Part shown: piece by piece, positions 48,559 to 57,841 of the stretch | Position numbering within the stretch: the first letter of the stretch is position 1 | Layout of the letters: each line of letters starts with the position of its first letter | Source of the DNA: an uncultured virus (IMG/VR IMGVR_UViG_3300044805_000534) | Taxonomy: Duplodnaviria; Heunggongvirae; Uroviricota; Caudoviricetes | IMG/VR virus record: IMGVR_UViG_3300044805_000534 | DNA: 64,000 bases | Direction: 5' to 3' (one strand) | Notes under the pieces: model-generated | What the model was told of the DNA's origin: nothing | Databases searched by the model: none | What the model saw: only the letters and a program-made list of their open reading frames with translations | Made by a program: the position numbers and the translations under genes

Positions 48559-48753
48559 ATGTTAATAATTGATATAAGAAATTCAGAGTCTTTGGAAAGA
48601 GCACTCAAACAATTAAAAAGAAAGGTCATTGACACTAAACAGTTACAAAATTTACGTGATCGTAAAGAATTTGTAAAACCTAGTGTTAAAAGAAGATCTG
48701 AAATTAATAAAGCAAAGTACATTCAAAAAAAGAACGATGCAGACAATAAATGA
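48559..48753 (+). CDS. rpsU: Phage-encoded ribosomal protein bS21
   Basis: ESLERALKQLKRK...LRDRKEFVKPSVKRR...KAKY; 64 aa. Confidence 0.92.
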   Translation: MLIIDIRNSESLERALKQLKRKVIDTKQLQNLRDRKEFVKPSVKRRSEINKAKYIQKKNDADNK

Positions 48754-49232
48754 TTTTTACATTCACAGATTATTTAGCAGAGAGCGAAAAGCAGCTTGAA
48801 ATTCGAGCAGCCGGCTTGGCTATTATCTGGGAAGGAAAACTTTTATTAATTCATCCTTCTGATGCAAGTTGGAAGAACCAACCATTTGGCATTCCTAAAG
48901 GTGGAATCGAAGATGGTGAAGATCTTTTAACTTGCGCAATTCGTGAGACAAGGGAAGAGACCGGGATTACGGTAGATCCAGAACTAATTGATAAACATGA
49001 GAAATATTTTGTATTTTACCGTCGCGGTATTCCTCACAGTCGCTGCGCTTATTTTGACGTACGCATTGAGAGCCTTGAACAAATTGGCCTTGCTTCGCCG
49101 AAGGTACCTAAAGAACAACTACAGGCCGAGGAGGTAGATTGGGCTGGATTTATCCCAATACAAGAGGCAATTACTAAATTATCGCGTTCTCAGCAGATAA
49201 TTGCTCAACGATTGATTGAAACTATCGAATAG
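48750..49232 (+). CDS. NUDIX hydrolase
   Basis: Nudix box GGIEDGEDLLTCAIRETREETGI. Confidence 0.92.
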   Translation: MIFTFTDYLAESEKQLEIRAAGLAIIWEGKLLLIHPSDASWKNQPFGIPKGGIEDGEDLLTCAIRETREETGITVDPELIDKHEKYFVFYRRGIPHSRCAYFDVRIESLEQIGLASPKVPKEQLQAEEVDWAGFIPIQEAITKLSRSQQIIAQRLIETIE

Positions 49233-49269
49233 AGTTTGGTATAATATCTTAACAAAAACAAAGATATTT

Positions 49270-49785
49270 ATGTCAAACGAAACTGTAACTCAAGACGAGC
49301 AAATTTTAGAACAGGTTGATCAAATTACTGATGCAACTCCAGAGGTGGAAGAGCCTCAACCAGAATTATCCGAAATTGAAAAACTTAAAGCACAAAGACG
49401 TGGTCATTTTGATGTTCCATCAATGACGCAAGAAGATCTTAAGTGGTTAAGAAATTTCCTAAAAAATAGTGTTGAATTTACTGGACCTAACGAAGCTTTC
49501 GTTATTCTACAAAATCACAATATGTTATTGGGAGAAATTGAAAACCATAAAGGCGAAGGTAAAAACTCTGAGGTTAGCTCGGTTAGATTGCCGGCCGCAT
49601 GTATTGAATCTTGTCTGTATTTCCTAAACCGTGCAAAATTCACAGGTTTACACAATGCACAGGCTCTATTCAAAGTTTCTTTCCAATTAAACACTGCATA
49701 CTCTAAAGTACATGAGTTAGACAAGGCAATTAAGACTTTGGAAACTCCAGTAGAGGCTCCGCAAACTGAGGAAACTCCCGCCTAA
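49270..49785 (+). CDS. Hypothetical protein
   Basis: Start at ATG 49270 downstream of GTATAAT; terminator downstream. Confidence 0.65.
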   Translation: MSNETVTQDEQILEQVDQITDATPEVEEPQPELSEIEKLKAQRRGHFDVPSMTQEDLKWLRNFLKNSVEFTGPNEAFVILQNHNMLLGEIENHKGEGKNSEVSSVRLPAACIESCLYFLNRAKFTGLHNAQALFKVSFQLNTAYSKVHELDKAIKTLETPVEAPQTEETPA

Positions 49786-49809
49786 TTAATTGGCGTCTTT
49801 TATATAGCT

Positions 49810-49837
49810 AAAGGAGACCTATTTGGTCTCCTTTTTT
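49810..49837 (+). terminator. Rho-independent terminator
   Basis: aaaggagacc-tattt-ggtctccttt plus T-run. Confidence 0.8.
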
Positions 49838-49850
49838 GTATAATATGTAT

Positions 49851-51146
49851 ATGAACAATCTCAAATCAATACAGGACTTTATTGAGGCAATGAATGTAAC
49901 TTCGTCGACCAACGATAAAAAGGCAGTCCTGCAACAATTCAATAGCCCATATCTTAGAAAGATCCTAGAGTATACATACTCTCCATTCAAGCAGTATTAT
50001 GTTACGCCGGCCAACTTAAAAAAGAGACAGGAGCTCTCTTTTGATAATTATGATGATCTATTTAGTCTGTTAAACGACCTGAATGAACGTCGTGTCACTG
50101 GCAACTCTGCAATAGCTTGTGTTAATGGTTTTATAGCTAAGAATTTGGAGTTCTCAGAAGTGATCTATAGTATCTTAGATCGCAACCTAAAAACTAGAGC
50201 AACTACGACCTTAATTAATTCAATCTTACCTGGAACAATTCCAACCTTTGACGTTGCACTAGCCATGCCATATGATGATAGGACTAAAAAGAAAGTTAGG
50301 CTAGAAGATCACTGGTACATGAGCCGTAAATTAGATGGAGTTCGCTGTGCTGCAATAATTGATGCAGATGGAGAAGTTAAGTTCTTTTCTAGAGGTGGTA
50401 ATGAGTTCCTAACTCTAGCTACCTTAAAGGCAGATATTAAAAAATTAAATTTAGTAGATACTGTGCTTGACGGCGAGGTTTGCATGATGAATGATGCAGG
50501 TCAAGAAGATTTTCAAGGAATTATTAAAGAAATTGGCCGAAAAAACCATACCATAAAAAATCCAAAATATTTAGTATTTGACTGTTTAACCCTAGAAGAG
50601 TTTAATAGCCAAACTTCAACTAGTGACAGAAAATTTAGGGATCGTATTACAATTGCGGCTCTACTGTTTAGTGGAATTGACTTAAAAAATACTACTCTAC
50701 TAAAGCAGACACTAATAGAGTCAGAGGAGCACCTGCAAACTGAAATTACTAATTCAACTGCTCAAGGTTGGGAAGGCTTAATGTTAAGAAAAGATACCCC
50801 ATATATTGGAAAACGCAGTGATGAAATTCTTAAAGTTAAAAAATTCTGGGATGCTGAATACATTGTAGAAGGAGTTGAAAATTCAACTCATAGAGTTATT
50901 GAAGATGGTCGCGAAGTCGAAGAAGAAATGCTAGGTAATATTTTTATTACGCATAGAGGAAATCAAGTTAGAGTAGGTTCAGGTTTTTCAATTGAACAGC
51001 GTCGACAATTTTACAAAAACCCTAGTCAAATTATTGGTAAAACAATTACAGTTCAATATTTTGAAGAAACAACCGACCAACATGGTCAGCACTCTTTAAG
51101 ATTTCCAGTTATTAAAGCAATTTACGAAAAAACAAGAACAATATAA
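49851..51146 (+). CDS. lig: ATP-dependent DNA ligase
   Basis: KLDGVR (motif I), LDGEV, VFD, EGLMLR, LKVK, VGSGFS, SLRFP. Confidence 0.95.
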   Translation: MNNLKSIQDFIEAMNVTSSTNDKKAVLQQFNSPYLRKILEYTYSPFKQYYVTPANLKKRQELSFDNYDDLFSLLNDLNERRVTGNSAIACVNGFIAKNLEFSEVIYSILDRNLKTRATTTLINSILPGTIPTFDVALAMPYDDRTKKKVRLEDHWYMSRKLDGVRCAAIIDADGEVKFFSRGGNEFLTLATLKADIKKLNLVDTVLDGEVCMMNDAGQEDFQGIIKEIGRKNHTIKNPKYLVFDCLTLEEFNSQTSTSDRKFRDRITIAALLFSGIDLKNTTLLKQTLIESEEHLQTEITNSTAQGWEGLMLRKDTPYIGKRSDEILKVKKFWDAEYIVEGVENSTHRVIEDGREVEEEMLGNIFITHRGNQVRVGSGFSIEQRRQFYKNPSQIIGKTITVQYFEETTDQHGQHSLRFPVIKAIYEKTRTI

Positions 51147-51622
51147 TGCCAAGAATTATTTTAGCGGGACCTGGCGCATCAGGTAAAGATTATATGAGAA
51201 AACGCCTTGAGGAAAGAGGCATGACTTATGCTGTAAGTTATACAACACGTCCACCAAGACCGGGTGAAGTAGACGGCCAGGATTACTTCTTTTTAAGTCA
51301 AACTGAGTGTCAGCAAATGATTGACTCCGGTAAATTTTATGAAGTAATTGATTTTAATGGTTGGACGTACGGCACCACGATCGAACAGTTTTATCGTGAT
51401 GATGTTTTTATTATGACGCCGAGTGGTCTATCACATCTTTCGCCAGAGGATCGTGCAAAATCATTTGTAATATTTTTTGATATCGCAGAAGATCCACGCA
51501 GACAACGCCTTACTGAAAGAGTTATGCCAGGTCACACAGTCGATGCTCGACTACAAGCAGATAAAGAATTATTTGCAAACTTTAATAATTATGATTTAAA
51601 AATAACAAACCCAAACTTTTAA
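51146..51622 (+). CDS. gmk: Guanylate kinase-like protein
   Basis: GPGASGKD, SYTTRPPRPGEVDGQDYFF, YGT. Confidence 0.9.
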   Translation: MPRIILAGPGASGKDYMRKRLEERGMTYAVSYTTRPPRPGEVDGQDYFFLSQTECQQMIDSGKFYEVIDFNGWTYGTTIEQFYRDDVFIMTPSGLSHLSPEDRAKSFVIFFDIAEDPRRQRLTERVMPGHTVDARLQADKELFANFNNYDLKITNPNF

Positions 51623-51623
51623 T

Positions 51624-52034
51624 ATGTCAACATTTAGCGGAACCTTAATTAACGTAGACGATACTCAATTTGTATCAGCCAAATTCAAAAAAAGAGAATT
51701 TGTAGTCGGGACTAACGATAAGTACCCACAGTATGTAACCTTTGTTGCAATCCAAGAAAAATGCGAAATGCTGGATCCAGCAAAGCCTGGAGATCAAATT
51801 CAGGTTGGCTATAAATTAGCCGGTCGTAAATGGGAAAGTCCTAGCGGCCAAATCAAATACTTCAATACAATTGAAGCAACTCAAATTCATATTGCAAAAT
51901 CTAATCAAATTTTAGATGAGCAAGACATGACTGACGATGAAATCATGAATGACTTATTTGGAGCATCTCCGAATACACCAAAGAAATCTACGCCGATTGA
52001 AGACGGAGATTTGCCATGGGATATCTTAGATTAG
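51624..52034 (+). CDS. DUF3127-like OB-fold single-stranded DNA-binding protein
   Basis: FKKREFVV...YPQY..F...GRKW...YFNTI.A; acidic tail with DLPW. Confidence 0.75.
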   Translation: MSTFSGTLINVDDTQFVSAKFKKREFVVGTNDKYPQYVTFVAIQEKCEMLDPAKPGDQIQVGYKLAGRKWESPSGQIKYFNTIEATQIHIAKSNQILDEQDMTDDEIMNDLFGASPNTPKKSTPIEDGDLPWDILD

Positions 52035-52058
52035 TATAATAGTATAAAATATAAAGAA

Positions 52059-52682
52059 ATGAAATACATATCAATTGATTTAGAAACAACTGGATTAGAT
52101 CCACAGACTTGTCAGGTCTTACAGATTGGCGCAATAATTGAAGATACAAATGATGTTAAGCCAATCTCAGAGTTGCCTACTTTCAATTGTGTAATTGAAC
52201 ATCCACACTATAGCGGTTCAGCATATGCTTTTAATATGAACATGAACCTTATTAAGATAATTGCTGGCATGGAAAAGATTCCAAGAGAAGAGCGCGGAGA
52301 TTATCGCAAAAAACACAATATCTTAACTCCACAAATGGTTGCTACTGCGTTTGCAAATTGGGCAGCATTTAATGGTTGTGAAGTAGATGGTGACAGAGTA
52401 ATTATTAATGCAGCGGGTAAAAACTTTGCAGCATTTGATAAAGTTTGGTTAGAGACGCTAATTCCAACTTGGAATACTAAGATTAAAATTAGAAATCGTA
52501 TTATTGATCCAGCTGTATTGGTTACAGATTGGAAAAACGATCAAGCTTTGCCTGGTCTTGGAAAATGCAAAGAACGCATTGGTCTTGAAAATCATGTTAC
52601 GCACGATGGATTAGATGATGCAATTGATGTTGTTGAGGTAATCCGTAAAGCCACAAATAATTATCAGAATGCGAACTATTGA
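52059..52682 (+). CDS. DEDDh 3'-5' exonuclease (DnaQ-like)
   Basis: SIDLETTGLD, N..AFD, HDGLDDA. Confidence 0.88.
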   Translation: MKYISIDLETTGLDPQTCQVLQIGAIIEDTNDVKPISELPTFNCVIEHPHYSGSAYAFNMNMNLIKIIAGMEKIPREERGDYRKKHNILTPQMVATAFANWAAFNGCEVDGDRVIINAAGKNFAAFDKVWLETLIPTWNTKIKIRNRIIDPAVLVTDWKNDQALPGLGKCKERIGLENHVTHDGLDDAIDVVEVIRKATNNYQNANY

Positions 52683-52887
52683 TTATAGTGCAGCTTTAGA
52701 AAGCATGTACCTTGACATGATGGAAGAAATGTACAAACACCTAAGTGCAAATTCTTTTACATGGCCAACTGATATTCCATTTGATGAAAAAGAAAAAGCA
52801 GACCTTTTAGTTGAAATGATTGACTATTTTGAAGAAAAGGAAGAATTTGAAAAGTGTGAAGAGCTCACAAAAATGAATAGTATTTAG
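52669..52887 (+). CDS. Hypothetical protein with UVR-like motif
   Basis: MIDYFEEKEEFEKCEEL. Confidence 0.6.
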   Translation: MRTIDYSAALESMYLDMMEEMYKHLSANSFTWPTDIPFDEKEKADLLVEMIDYFEEKEEFEKCEELTKMNSI

Positions 52888-52899
52888 TATATTAGTTTT

Positions 52900-53859
52900 A
52901 TGATAAACGAAACAACTCGCCTTGGCTATTGCTGCATTAACTTGTCACTAGATAGAAAGGTTACTGCAAATCGTGGAATGATTAAAAAAACCTTTCAACA
53001 AAAGGGCGTGCAATATTGCAGCGAGTTGGCTCATCAAAATATCAAAGATATCTTAACTATTTTGGAATGGAATCTTGCAAATGGCATTTACGTTTATCGT
53101 ATGTCTAGCGATGTTTTTCCATGGATGTCAGAATATGAAATTCAAGAGCTTCCTAATTTCCAAGAAATTTTACCAGATATGCAGGCCATTGGCAAATTTG
53201 TACTTGCAAATAATATCAGGTTATCAATGCACCCAGGTCAGTTTGATGTTTTACCATCACCAACGCCAAGTGTTGTTACTAAAACAATCAAGGATCTAAA
53301 CCAACACGCTGAAATTATGGATCTTATGGGTTTACCAACCGATCATAGATTTCCTATTAATATCCATGTAGGTGGAACATATGGAGATAAAGAATCCGCA
53401 GCTGATAGATTTTGCCAAAATTTTAGGTTACTCAGTAAAGCTGCGCAAAGCCGGCTTGTGGTTGAAAATGATGATAAGGCTACTCAATACTCAGTACAAG
53501 ACTTGTTTGACTTAATTACTGCAAGAATTGGTACACCAATCACCTTTGATTTTCACCATCACCGATTTAATACTAGTGGCTTAACTGAAGAGGCTGCACT
53601 AAAACTTGCAGCTTCAACTTGGTCATGTACGCCGCTAACTCACTACTCAAGTTCAAGGAAAACATTCGAGGATTCTTCAGTTATTGCCAGATCCCATGCT
53701 GATTATATCTATGAAAAAATTAATCCATATGGCCTAACTCTAGATATTGAGGTCGAGGCAAAAGCCAAAGACTTAGCTGTTCTAAAATATCGTGAGCAGT
53801 ATAATACTTTATTAGAAAATTATATTCAACTTGATCATGAGCGATTGCAAGAACTGTAA
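52900..53859 (+). CDS. uvsE: UV DNA damage endonuclease (UvsE/UVDE)
   Basis: RLGYCCIN, YRMSS, RLSMHPGQF, INIHVGG, LVVENDD, FDFHHH, HADY, EAKAKD. Confidence 0.95.
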   Translation: MINETTRLGYCCINLSLDRKVTANRGMIKKTFQQKGVQYCSELAHQNIKDILTILEWNLANGIYVYRMSSDVFPWMSEYEIQELPNFQEILPDMQAIGKFVLANNIRLSMHPGQFDVLPSPTPSVVTKTIKDLNQHAEIMDLMGLPTDHRFPINIHVGGTYGDKESAADRFCQNFRLLSKAAQSRLVVENDDKATQYSVQDLFDLITARIGTPITFDFHHHRFNTSGLTEEAALKLAASTWSCTPLTHYSSSRKTFEDSSVIARSHADYIYEKINPYGLTLDIEVEAKAKDLAVLKYREQYNTLLENYIQLDHERLQEL

Positions 53860-54064
53860 CTCAACCGAGGTACGAACAAAAATCAAAGGAATCTTTGATG
53901 ATTTATTTGTTGGCGACGATATTAGAAATGAAAGGCTCTCTATTTGTTATGAGTGCGACAAATTTCTAGGAGCAAGTGGTCAGTGCGGTGAGTGCGGCTG
54001 CTATATTTTTGCAAAGACTGCAACTAAAGGCGAGGCCTGTCCATTGGAAGAACCTAAGTGGTAA
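53837..54064 (+). CDS. Small Cys-rich (metal-binding) protein
   Basis: CKNC ... RLSICYEC ... CGECGC ... CP...W. Confidence 0.7.
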   Translation: MSDCKNCNSTEVRTKIKGIFDDLFVGDDIRNERLSICYECDKFLGASGQCGECGCYIFAKTATKGEACPLEEPKW

Positions 54065-54146
54065 TAAATAATTAAGATTTCTACAAATCCTCAGTTTATT
54101 CAATTAATCCTTTTCTCTACTGAGAAAATATCTAATACCATGGAAA

Positions 54147-54371
54147 GTGACAGTATTCACCAAATTAAAAAACAATCAGAAGAGCCTGATAGGGACATGG
54201 ATCCTGATCCTAGCTACATTCTTCAACCCTCTTGGATTCGATGCCCTCTTTGCTCTGGTAATGAAATGGACCGGTTCATACTGGATTACGGACGCTATTT
54301 TCTATTGCCTATCGGCATTCTTTTTTGGACTTTATTTTTTATTCTTTAGGGAAAAACCAAAGAAATCTTAG
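54147..54371 (+). CDS. Small two-TM membrane protein
   Basis: GTG start; FFNPLGFDALF; two hydrophobic helices and a basic C-terminus. Confidence 0.55.
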   Translation: MTVFTKLKNNQKSLIGTWILILATFFNPLGFDALFALVMKWTGSYWITDAIFYCLSAFFFGLYFLFFREKPKKS

Positions 54372-54397
54372 TATATTATCTCTATAAACTTATTAAT

Positions 54398-54613
54398 ATG
54401 AATGTAGAATTAACCTCAGTAACATCATCAACTGTTGATGCATTTGGATATGACCAGTCCCTAAACGAACTTTACGTTCAATTTAAAAGTGGCACAACCT
54501 ATACCTATGTTGGAGTTTCCGAATCAGTCTATGCTGAGTTGTGTGAAGCTGAATCATTTGGTAAATTTCTAAACGCCAATATCAAAGGCACATACGATTA
54601 CCTTAAATCATAA
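54398..54613 (+). CDS. KTSC domain protein
   Basis: VTSS.V...GYD....LYVQFKSG..Y.Y.GV......L..AES.GKFLN..IKG.Y. Confidence 0.9.
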   Translation: MNVELTSVTSSTVDAFGYDQSLNELYVQFKSGTTYTYVGVSESVYAELCEAESFGKFLNANIKGTYDYLKS

Positions 54614-54616
54614 ACC

Positions 54617-54832
54617 ATGGGATTCAACAAGTATTTTATTCCAGACCCTATTGATTTTATTGAACGACTTGAAACTGGCACTGGCCCTAGAGAGTTTGTT
54701 GCAATTAAAAAAATTGATGCAGTAATGGGCGATAGTCTATCTGTAGATATGCTCGATAAAATGTATGAAATGGTCAGAGCCGGTCGCACAAACGAGGAAG
54801 TTTTAACAGAACTTAAATCAATGTTAAAGTAG
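54617..54832 (+). CDS. Hypothetical protein
   Basis: 71 aa, begins MGFNKYFIP. Confidence 0.6.
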   Translation: MGFNKYFIPDPIDFIERLETGTGPREFVAIKKIDAVMGDSLSVDMLDKMYEMVRAGRTNEEVLTELKSMLK

Positions 54833-54855
54833 AATAACCTATAAATCAAAAACCT

Positions 54856-55053
54856 ATGTATTATTTAGTAAGAATCAAATTTGAGACCGAAACCGAAAGC
54901 GGTAAACGTAAATTCATTAAAGAATTGTATGTCGTAAGTGCAACCTCTGTATCTGATGCAGAATCAAAAATCCGAGCTAGATTTGGAGATGGAATTTCAG
55001 CAATGACAGTTGAAGCAGTTCAAGAATCTAAGATTCTTGGAATTATCGAATAA
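54856..55053 (+). CDS. DUF4494-like small protein
   Basis: YLVRIKF....GKRK..KE.Y.V.A.SVSDAE...V.ESKI. Confidence 0.55.
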   Translation: MYYLVRIKFETETESGKRKFIKELYVVSATSVSDAESKIRARFGDGISAMTVEAVQESKILGIIE

Positions 55054-55075
55054 TCTTATACCTCATGTAAAAAAG

Positions 55076-55105
55076 AAAGGGACGGCTAATAGCTGTCCCT
55101 TTTTT
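55076..55105. terminator. Probable bidirectional terminator between convergent operons
   Basis: aaagggacggct-aat-agctgtcccttt flanked by A- and T-runs. Confidence 0.75.
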
Positions 55106-55144
55106 ATTGTGTAACAAATTTATTCAATATTTGTTACAGTTAAA

Positions 55145-55546
55145 CTATTTCATAATGTAGAGATATCCTAAGCTACCAATTAATATTCCACTAATAACTT
55201 TAGTAAATGTTAATTTGGTTTTAAGTTTCTTATTTTGCTTTTGAAGATCTTTAACCCATAATCCTTGAGTTTCAAATTTCAATTGCTCGTTTTTAATACG
55301 ATCTTCGTACATACTGCCCTTTTGAACATGTCCAGAAATAATACTGTCCTTTAATACTATTTTTTGATTAAGTAAAAAAAGTTGTTTATTTACAAGAGTA
55401 AGTTCAGCTTTTGCGCTATCACCACTAATTAAATCTTTAACAATCTGTTTTGCAACAGGTGCTGGAATTTTAACTGTATCTTGTGGTGCAGTTTGTGCAA
55501 ATGCAAAAACTGGAAATAGTGCAATTATAAAAAGTAAGTTCTTCAT
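55145..55546 (-). CDS. Signal-peptide coiled-coil protein with C-terminal TM (possible spanin/lysis component)
   Basis: Start MKNLLFIIALFPVFAFAQ at 55546; coiled coil; C-terminal hydrophobic helix. Confidence 0.55.
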   Translation of the reverse strand: MKNLLFIIALFPVFAFAQTAPQDTVKIPAPVAKQIVKDLISGDSAKAELTLVNKQLFLLNQKIVLKDSIISGHVQKGSMYEDRIKNEQLKFETQGLWVKDLQKQNKKLKTKLTFTKVISGILIGSLGYLYIMK

Positions 55547-55547
55547 A

Positions 55548-55955
55548 TTAATAATTGTATCTAGCTTTAAAGAAAGAATCAATTTGGGTTGAATTGTAAG
55601 TAGAAGCGGCTGCGCTTTTTTCATGATAAAATTCACGAATAATTGTAGTCTTTTCTTTAATATTATCAACCTGAAAATCAATCGCCTTTACTTCGGTTTC
55701 ATAAACCTTAATTGAACTATCGATTTTTAGTTGTTTTGCCTCTAACTCTTTATTTGCAACAGTTAACGAATCAATAATTGCTTTATACTCTACTGGCATT
55801 TGTGGCTTTGGAGTAAAAACATAAACTAATCCATAAAAAACAAGTAGGCCGCCTATTACATATAGAATATAGCGCCACTTACTTTTATTTGCTTTTGCAA
55901 ATTCAACAATTTTGATACCCTCTTCTTTAAGCTTTGCTTTTTGTTGAGATTTCAT
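55548..55955 (-). CDS. N-anchored membrane coiled-coil protein (possible i-spanin)
   Basis: TM helix YILYVIGGLLVFYGLVYVF followed by a coiled coil. Confidence 0.55.
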   Translation of the reverse strand: MKSQQKAKLKEEGIKIVEFAKANKSKWRYILYVIGGLLVFYGLVYVFTPKPQMPVEYKAIIDSLTVANKELEAKQLKIDSSIKVYETEVKAIDFQVDNIKEKTTIIREFYHEKSAAASTYNSTQIDSFFKARYNY

Positions 55956-55968
55956 AGGAAAAATTTAA

Positions 55969-56391
55969 TTATGCTTCTGGAGTTTCCTCAGCAGCTGGTT
56001 CTTCAGCAGGTTCTTCACCTTCTTCAGGAGCTTCTTCTTCTTTCTCTTCTTCGCCTAATTGGAACATATCCTTAATTTTATTAAGAATCTCTTCTTTTTT
56101 AGCTTCCTTTTCTTCACCATCTTCCATTTCTTTCCACTCTTTGAATTCGCTAGAATAGAATGAATCGAAATCATCAGATGAAAGTTCATTGAACATTACA
56201 TCAAGGTGTTCTTTTTTGAAAGCTTCTAAATCAGCACCTTCTTCAGGAGCTTCTTCAGTTGGCTCTTCTTCAACTGGAGCATCAGCTTCTGCCGCATCTT
56301 CTTCTTCAGTTAAACCGAATTTGTTTAAAAACTCATTAGAGTTTACGTTCTCGTCAACCTTAGTAACGAAATCTTTGAAATTGTAAATCAT
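55969..56391 (-). CDS. Highly acidic protein (putative internal head protein)
   Basis: Start MIYNFKDFVTKVDEN at 56391; Glu-rich; ATAAATA upstream on the minus strand. Confidence 0.65.
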   Translation of the reverse strand: MIYNFKDFVTKVDENVNSNEFLNKFGLTEEEDAAEADAPVEEEPTEEAPEEGADLEAFKKEHLDVMFNELSSDDFDSFYSSEFKEWKEMEDGEEKEAKKEEILNKIKDMFQLGEEEKEEEAPEEGEEPAEEPAAEETPEA

Positions 56392-56456
56392 TTTAAATAG
56401 ATCTATTTTACAGTTATTTATTTGCGCAAATAGGTATAATATTAAAAACAACAATT

Positions 56457-57257
56457 ATGCCAGAAGGACCTGAGTGCAGACGAGTATATGAAGGTTTAAG
56501 AAACCACTGCATTAATAAAAAATTAGTTAACGTAGAAATACTTGGAGGGCGCTTCCTAAAGACTCCCCCAAGCGGCCTGGAGACCCTGGGGCTGCCCCTG
56601 GAGGTAGTTGGAGGCGGAGTTAAGGGTAAATTCATCTGGCTGGAATTAGAAGAGGGCATGTCTATCTGGATTACTCTAGGTATGAGCGGCTTTTGGTCAA
56701 TCTATGAAAAGCCGCATTCTCATATTAAATTAGTATTTGATGATGGCCTAGAGCTATTTTTTGTTGACCAGCGCCGATTTGGTACGCTTAAATTTGCAAC
56801 TAAGGTTGAATTGGATGCAAAATTAAAAACCCTAGGGGTTGATGCACTCAATGACCAAAGTGCAACTATGTATGATACAATAAGATCGTTTGAACGGGTT
56901 CCAAACAAAACTATAGTTGAGGCACTAATGGATCAGCGCCTTTTTGCAGGAATAGGAAACTATATTAAATGCGAAATGTTATACAGAACAAAGATCTCCC
57001 CACATAGATTAGTTAGAGACCTTACTGATAATGACGTTTCTTTATTATGGGATTATGCTAAGCTAATAAGTAGGTCATCCTATAAGCAAGGTGGAGCAAG
57101 TATTAGAAACTATCAACAGGTGACAGGCGAAACTGGCGACTTTGTGTTTGAATTTGAAGTATATGGCAAACGGGAAGATCCTCATGGAAATACAGTAATT
57201 AGAGAAAAAACAGCAGACGGCAGAACTACTCATTGGGTACCAAGCCTACAACAATAA
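56457..57257 (+). CDS. Fpg/Nei DNA glycosylase, zincless-finger type
   Basis: N-terminal MPEGPE, KGKFIW, LGMSG, DQRRFG, H2TH LMDQRLFAGIGNY..CE.LY; C-terminal GRTTHW without a Cys4 finger. Confidence 0.92.
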   Translation: MPEGPECRRVYEGLRNHCINKKLVNVEILGGRFLKTPPSGLETLGLPLEVVGGGVKGKFIWLELEEGMSIWITLGMSGFWSIYEKPHSHIKLVFDDGLELFFVDQRRFGTLKFATKVELDAKLKTLGVDALNDQSATMYDTIRSFERVPNKTIVEALMDQRLFAGIGNYIKCEMLYRTKISPHRLVRDLTDNDVSLLWDYAKLISRSSYKQGGASIRNYQQVTGETGDFVFEFEVYGKREDPHGNTVIREKTADGRTTHWVPSLQQ

Positions 57258-57264
57258 ATATAAT

Positions 57265-57822
57265 ATGCAACACATTAAACCATACACACAATTTAATGAG
57301 AGTGTCCAGACAGCGCGAATATTTTGCGATATGGATGGAGTACTTTCAGATTGGGATTCTCAGTTTGAAAAGGAGGCTGGAATGACAATAGCTGAATTTC
57401 AAAAGGAATATTCAAAAAATGCAAGTTGGAAACTGGTTGGAAAAGCCGGCGAACCATTTTGGGCCGGCATGGAATGGATGACTGATGGTATTGACCTTTG
57501 GACATTTATTCGAAAGTTTAACCCAACTATCCTGTCTTCACCATCGCTTGATCCTAATTCAATTACAGGTAAAGCAAAATGGCTTAAGCGCAATCTAAAC
57601 TGGGACTTTCCATATATTACAAAACTAGAGGACTGGACCGGTAAAGAAAGGACTATTTTTTATAGTAACAAATTTGAATTTGCAACTGGCCCAAGCGATA
57701 TCTTGATTGATGATACTCCAAAGAAATTAGATGCATGGATTGCAGCTGGAGGAACTGGCATTTTACATACTAGTGCCAAGGAAACTATTGCAGAGCTAAA
57801 GAAATTAGGTTTCGATAAATAA
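57265..57822 (+). CDS. HAD-superfamily 5'(3')-deoxyribonucleotidase-like protein
   Basis: IFCDMDGVL, ILSSP, GK..W, ILIDD, W..AGG.GILH. Confidence 0.85.
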   Translation: MQHIKPYTQFNESVQTARIFCDMDGVLSDWDSQFEKEAGMTIAEFQKEYSKNASWKLVGKAGEPFWAGMEWMTDGIDLWTFIRKFNPTILSSPSLDPNSITGKAKWLKRNLNWDFPYITKLEDWTGKERTIFYSNKFEFATGPSDILIDDTPKKLDAWIAAGGTGILHTSAKETIAELKKLGFDK

Positions 57823-57841
57823 CTAAAATTACTTAATCGCA

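Noticed and set aside
54140..54349. ATG-started ORF overlapping 54147-54371
   Set aside because: The alternative frame gives a more coherent two-TM protein; dual coding is unsupported, though not excluded
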